A stretch of 56,790 nt of DNA, counting the filler, from Streblomastix strix (lineage: Eukaryota), in assembly GCA_008636045.1 (NCBI GenBank). It is 2 parts of 2 records of this genome, joined end to end, with 100 filler letters (N's around TTAATTAATTAA, not from the genome) between each part and the next. Parts side by side here need not be neighbours in the genome. Positions count along the whole stretch, not along the records: positions 28,465 to 56,790 come from SNRW01000126.1; 1 more part is not named here. One strand, given 5' to 3'. Each line of letters opens with the position of its first letter. Within the stretch, counting starts at the first letter, position 1. Of the stretch, positions 52,123-56,790 are shown one piece after another. The notes below the pieces were generated by a model that was given only the letters and a program-made list of their open reading frames with translations, was not told the origin of the DNA and searched no databases. The translations under genes and the position numbers were made by a program.

Positions 52123-55100
52123 ATGACTTCGCCACAACAAGCACGAGTTCCGTTCAAACCCGGCGATGTAATCAAAGAACGATACACCCTGCTTCGGCAG
52201 ATCGGCGCAGGGACATATGGGGCAATTTTCGCCGCGGTGTACCGAGGCAATGCAGTTTCGCGTCTTGCTGCTGTAAAACTTGAAAAGGAAACCTAAAAGT
52301 ACTCGCTTTAATACAACGAAGTCAATGTCATGAAAGCTTTAGCTGCAAGTTCTCATTTTGCAAAGTTCTTTCGGTGTGGGACTCATGAAGGGTTCAAATT
52401 TGTCTGCATGGAACTGTTGGGGCCATCATTAATGTGTGAATTTGGCGAGTAAAACACATAATAGTTAATATTTTTTATCATTTTTTATCTTTCAGATAAT
52501 TAGTGAATCGAAATCGTCCTTATTCGTTGACATTGTTTCAACTTCTGAAAACTGGAATTTAAGCAATAAAAATACTCCAGGAATTGCATCGAGCAGGATT
52601 TATTCATAGAGATGTAAAACCAGTTTGTTATTTTTATTCACATTTGATTATTATATATATATATTTATTTTATAGGAAAACTTTGTGATTGGTAATACTA
52701 AAAATACGTCAGGTACTTTATATCTGATTGACTTTGGATTATGCAAACCGATTCTTTTGGAGGATGGAAAGATTGTGAAGGTATGGTCAATATAAAGCCC
52801 TTTATATATTAGTAATTATTATATTATATATTTTTCTTATTTATTATTTCATTTTCTTTTTCTTATATGATTTAATTATTTTATTCAATTTTCTTATATT
52901 ATATTTTATTTCTATATATTATAGCCTGATGGTCCAGGTAATTTTCGTGGTACTTTGAGATATGCATCACCGAATGCTCATAAATTAGTTGAATTAGGAA
53001 GACATGATGATCTAATAAGCCTTTTATATATGATGGTTGATTGTTATTTGAGAAAACTGCCTTGGTCAAACACTGAGAATCCAGTTTGTCTATTAAAGAA
53101 TATAATAAAAATTGATTTTCATTATTTATCAATGATTAATGATTTTTAATTTTCAATATATACTATTTATTAATGAATTATATTATTTATTAATAATTTT
53201 ATTAATGATTTATAAATTTTATTATTAATTTCATTATTAATTTATCTTATTTAATCTTCAGGACAATATTCTCCAAATAAAAGAACAAAGCCGTGGAGGT
53301 ATCTTATTGTAGAATATGCCACCAGAGTTCCAAGAATTTGAGAACCACATCTTCTCACTCAATTATGAAGACGAACCCAATTATAAGAAGCTGATTGGAT
53401 TATTGTCCTTAGTTGGATACAATAACAGATTTGATTTGAATAACTGGCCATTTGAATGGGAAGAGGAGTTGAATTAATAAAGATCAATTGTGCAACAACA
53501 TTAAATCAATGGAAGATCTGAATTCAAATTAATTGAAAGTTAAGATTAATAAAGAAATAAGAATATAAATTCAATTAATGATGAATAATAACAAAACCAG
53601 AAATAAATACATCCCATTGAAAATATATCAATTCAAGATTAATATAATTATGAATTAACGAATTTGAGTTTGATATCAGAAATAACAATGAAGAATATGA
53701 ATATAATGAAATAAAAATAAAAATAAAATAGTCAGAAACAGAAACAAGATTTAATTTAGAAGATCCCAATTGAATAAATTCATTTACCATAGAATTAATT
53801 ATAAGTAAAATAAAATAATGAATAATTGTAGAAATAGAAAGATCTTTAGACTTAATAAATTAAATAGTAATAAATTGAATAATATCTGAATTCAAATATT
53901 AGTACAATATTGCAAATTGCTAAATAACCAGAATAAGAATAACATAAATAAATAATAAATAAGTAATAATTGCAAAATGAATAATAATAAAATGATGCAA
54001 ATTTCCAAAAAGAAGAATAATAATTTAAAGGATAATAATAAAAGAATATTTAATATAAAGACAATCTATAAATTAAACGTCCAATTCCTCGCATTGAAAA
54101 CTATTCTCCATTTACCATATATGAACCAAACAATATATCTTCTAATAATAATAAGAATTCAACAACAGATTAAGAATAAAATATTGTAATATAAGAATCT
54201 GGAATTAAAGAAACATCTTTACAATATCCTAAATAGAACTAAATCTAGAATTATATATTGAAATCAATTTCATAATTATAAATTTCTAAACCAATAATTG
54301 AATAAGAGTAATAAATTATTGTCAGTGATAATAAAGTTGATTAACATCATAGAAGTGAAAGTCTTTAAGTTCTCAATACAAAATAATCAGATATGCCAAC
54401 AGACAATAATAATCCATCTCATTATCGATCATTTACATAAACACAATTTGAAGCATAAGAATAAGGCATAAATTTAAATGATAAAAATAAATAAGAAGAT
54501 TCAACAACAAATTAAAGATAAATATCGCCCAAATAATAAAAATAATCTCCAAAATCATCCCTTTTCATCGTATAATACGAATAAATACCAACTGAAGAAT
54601 AATAATTGATGTTAAAACCAGCAAATCCAGCATCGTAATATTCTAATAATTCAACATAATCGCAAAACTTCTCAAATTATTATAAAACATAAGAATCTTC
54701 ATAAATACTATCATAAAAATCATCTCACAGGTCTTCATAAGCGTTTCTTAATGTATTTCATTCATTAAATGATCTGCATCAATTATCGCCAACTGCTTAA
54801 CAGTAGCATAGCCCTATAGTTGATTAGAAAGAAAAAGAATATAAAGAAATAAATTAATAATAATATAAAAATAATAATTTATTATTGAAATTTGGTTAAA
54901 GCAGCGAACAAACTCATATTCTAAGTAAACCAAGCATTAATAGCATTAAAAGATCTTAATCTATCAATGATATGTAATCTTTAAAGCAAAATGATCAGAT
55001 TTCAACAATTCTATCTCCTCCTAAAAGATTTCTATTATTTGATTCAGACCTGCAACCAAAACCACTTTAAGTAAAAATTCATGAAAGTCTCAGTAAATAA

Positions 55101-56408
55101 TAAAGTCCAAAATTGAGAGTAACTTCACCATCAGGAAGTCAGAAATCCAATTTGAGTATTATTGTTAATTCTCCTTTCAGTACTAAATCATCTCAAAGAA
55201 GTACAATGTCTCCAGTTTCTATAGGTCCATAAGCAGCATCTACATTCCGAAGTATATCTCCTCTAACTACTGATAATGTTTCTAATTAAAATAAAGAATA
55301 GAATGTAACATTCTTTGATCCAGCATAAGAATAACAATAAGATAATGAAAAGAATAATAATAGCTAAGTTCTTAAAGATAAGGCAATAATAACCAAACAA
55401 TAAGAAGATATTAATTAATAATAATAATAGGATGATAATTCTGCTGAGAAATAAATGAAAAATTAATAAAAACCAATAATTCAATATGTTACTCCATAAC
55501 CATAAAATGAATCAAATAAGCCATCTAATTAAAAATCAGCTCATTTTCCGTATTAATTTCAACCTCCATTTCTTTCTTCTGTACATCCACCGTCATCGCC
55601 AACAATTTTTACTCAATAATCATCTGGTAGGTCATTTTAGAGTCTTTCAAGTTCAAATAAGAATTCAAATGCATCTTAATCATCTGATGATTTATCAAGT
55701 CATTTATTTGATCATATGGGACTTGGACCAATCATTTATGATAGTAGTGATAATTTAGATCGTTATGCTGATGAAGATCTATTTATTCGTAATAATAGTC
55801 CTTCTTCAAACATTCTTAGACAATAAGACTCAAAAGCATAATTTGAAGAGCCTGAAATATTAGTAATATCTAGTACATAAGATTCAAGCTCTTCAGAATC
55901 ATCAAATGATAATAAACCAATCTTTTAAATTGGTCGTAAACGTCCAATTAAAGAACATCTTCGTAGTAGTTCTTTAGTTATCATGCCGAATAAGAAATAT
56001 CAATAAAAACAGTCTCAACTCAACATAATTGAATATAAATAACATTCTCAAGTTGAATAATAATTTGATAATGAAGAATAATAATTGGATGATGAAGAAT
56101 AAAAGAAAGGTTTAAAAATAATAGAAAGATCATCCGAATTAGAGAAAGATGGATAAATTATTGATAAGGATTAATTACTTAATAATTAATCAGATTCAGT
56201 ATTTTCATCTGCCTCTAAAACAAGTTAGAATGAAGTAAGTAATCAAAATATTATCCAAACTTCTAATTCTGAATAATCTGGATAATCCGATAAAAATTAA
56301 TAAATAGAAAAAGAATAGAATAATAAAGATGAATAAGTTGATGAATAAATAAAACCGAGTTAAGATTCAAATCACTTCAAAGATTCCGATTAAAAATCTA
56401 AATAATGA
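52123..56408 (+). CDS. CK1-group (tau-tubulin-kinase-like) Ser/Thr kinase with ~1000-aa Q/S/N-rich tail; 4 introns
   Basis: IGAGTYG, AVKLE, MELLGPSL, FIHRDVKP|ENF, LIDFGL, FRGTLRYASPNAH and GRHDDLISLLY. The last exon 53262-56408 begins and ends in the same frame. Confidence 0.92.
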
Positions 56409-56790
56409 AAAAGGAGCATTTAATGAAGATATAAATATATTTAGCAACTTTTGTATTTTTATATATTTTTTATTATTGAAAAATTTTTGGTATAAAAATT
56501 ACTTATATTTATTTTGTCATTACTGAAATATTTTTTATTTTTGCCATAAAATTAATTTATTATATTTTTATAACTTTATACAAATAATGGTTATTATTCA
56601 TTATTCATTTTACTTCCATTTAAACTCTTTCTTATAATCATTATATCATTAATACTTCTATTTAACACCTTATAAGCACCTTTATTAAATTTATTAAATA
56701 ATCATTTAAAAATTATTTTATGTTATTTATCACTATTTGAAATTATTCAATGAAGAGTATAATATAATATGAACTATTAAAATTTTATTC

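Overview
Very AT-rich eukaryotic DNA with short GT-AG introns, in which TAA/TAG read as Gln and only TGA stops (translation table 6). This resembles an oxymonad such as Streblomastix (inference). Most entries in the standard-code ORF track are therefore fragments or antisense shadows. An artificial N44-TTAATTAATTAA-N44 linker at 28365-28464 joins two probably unrelated contigs. Left part: a foldback element with a nested MITE; an orphan CaaX-ending exon; a ~7.3 kb intronless, partly decayed endogenous Maverick/Polinton-like virus structural module (penton-like, fibre/receptor-binding-like, amphipathic small protein, major capsid, second minor capsid-like), written in the host code with a shared TTATTTTT upstream motif; two related hAT transposase pseudogenes; and an inositol 5-phosphatase. 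Right part: a beta-helix/Cys-rich membrane protein, two multi-C2 genes (one starting with a CM1-like motif), a coiled-coil/SPRY-like gene, a hypothetical gene, a PHO80-type cyclin and a CK1/TTBK-like kinase. All calls come from manual translation and motif recognition; no searches were run.
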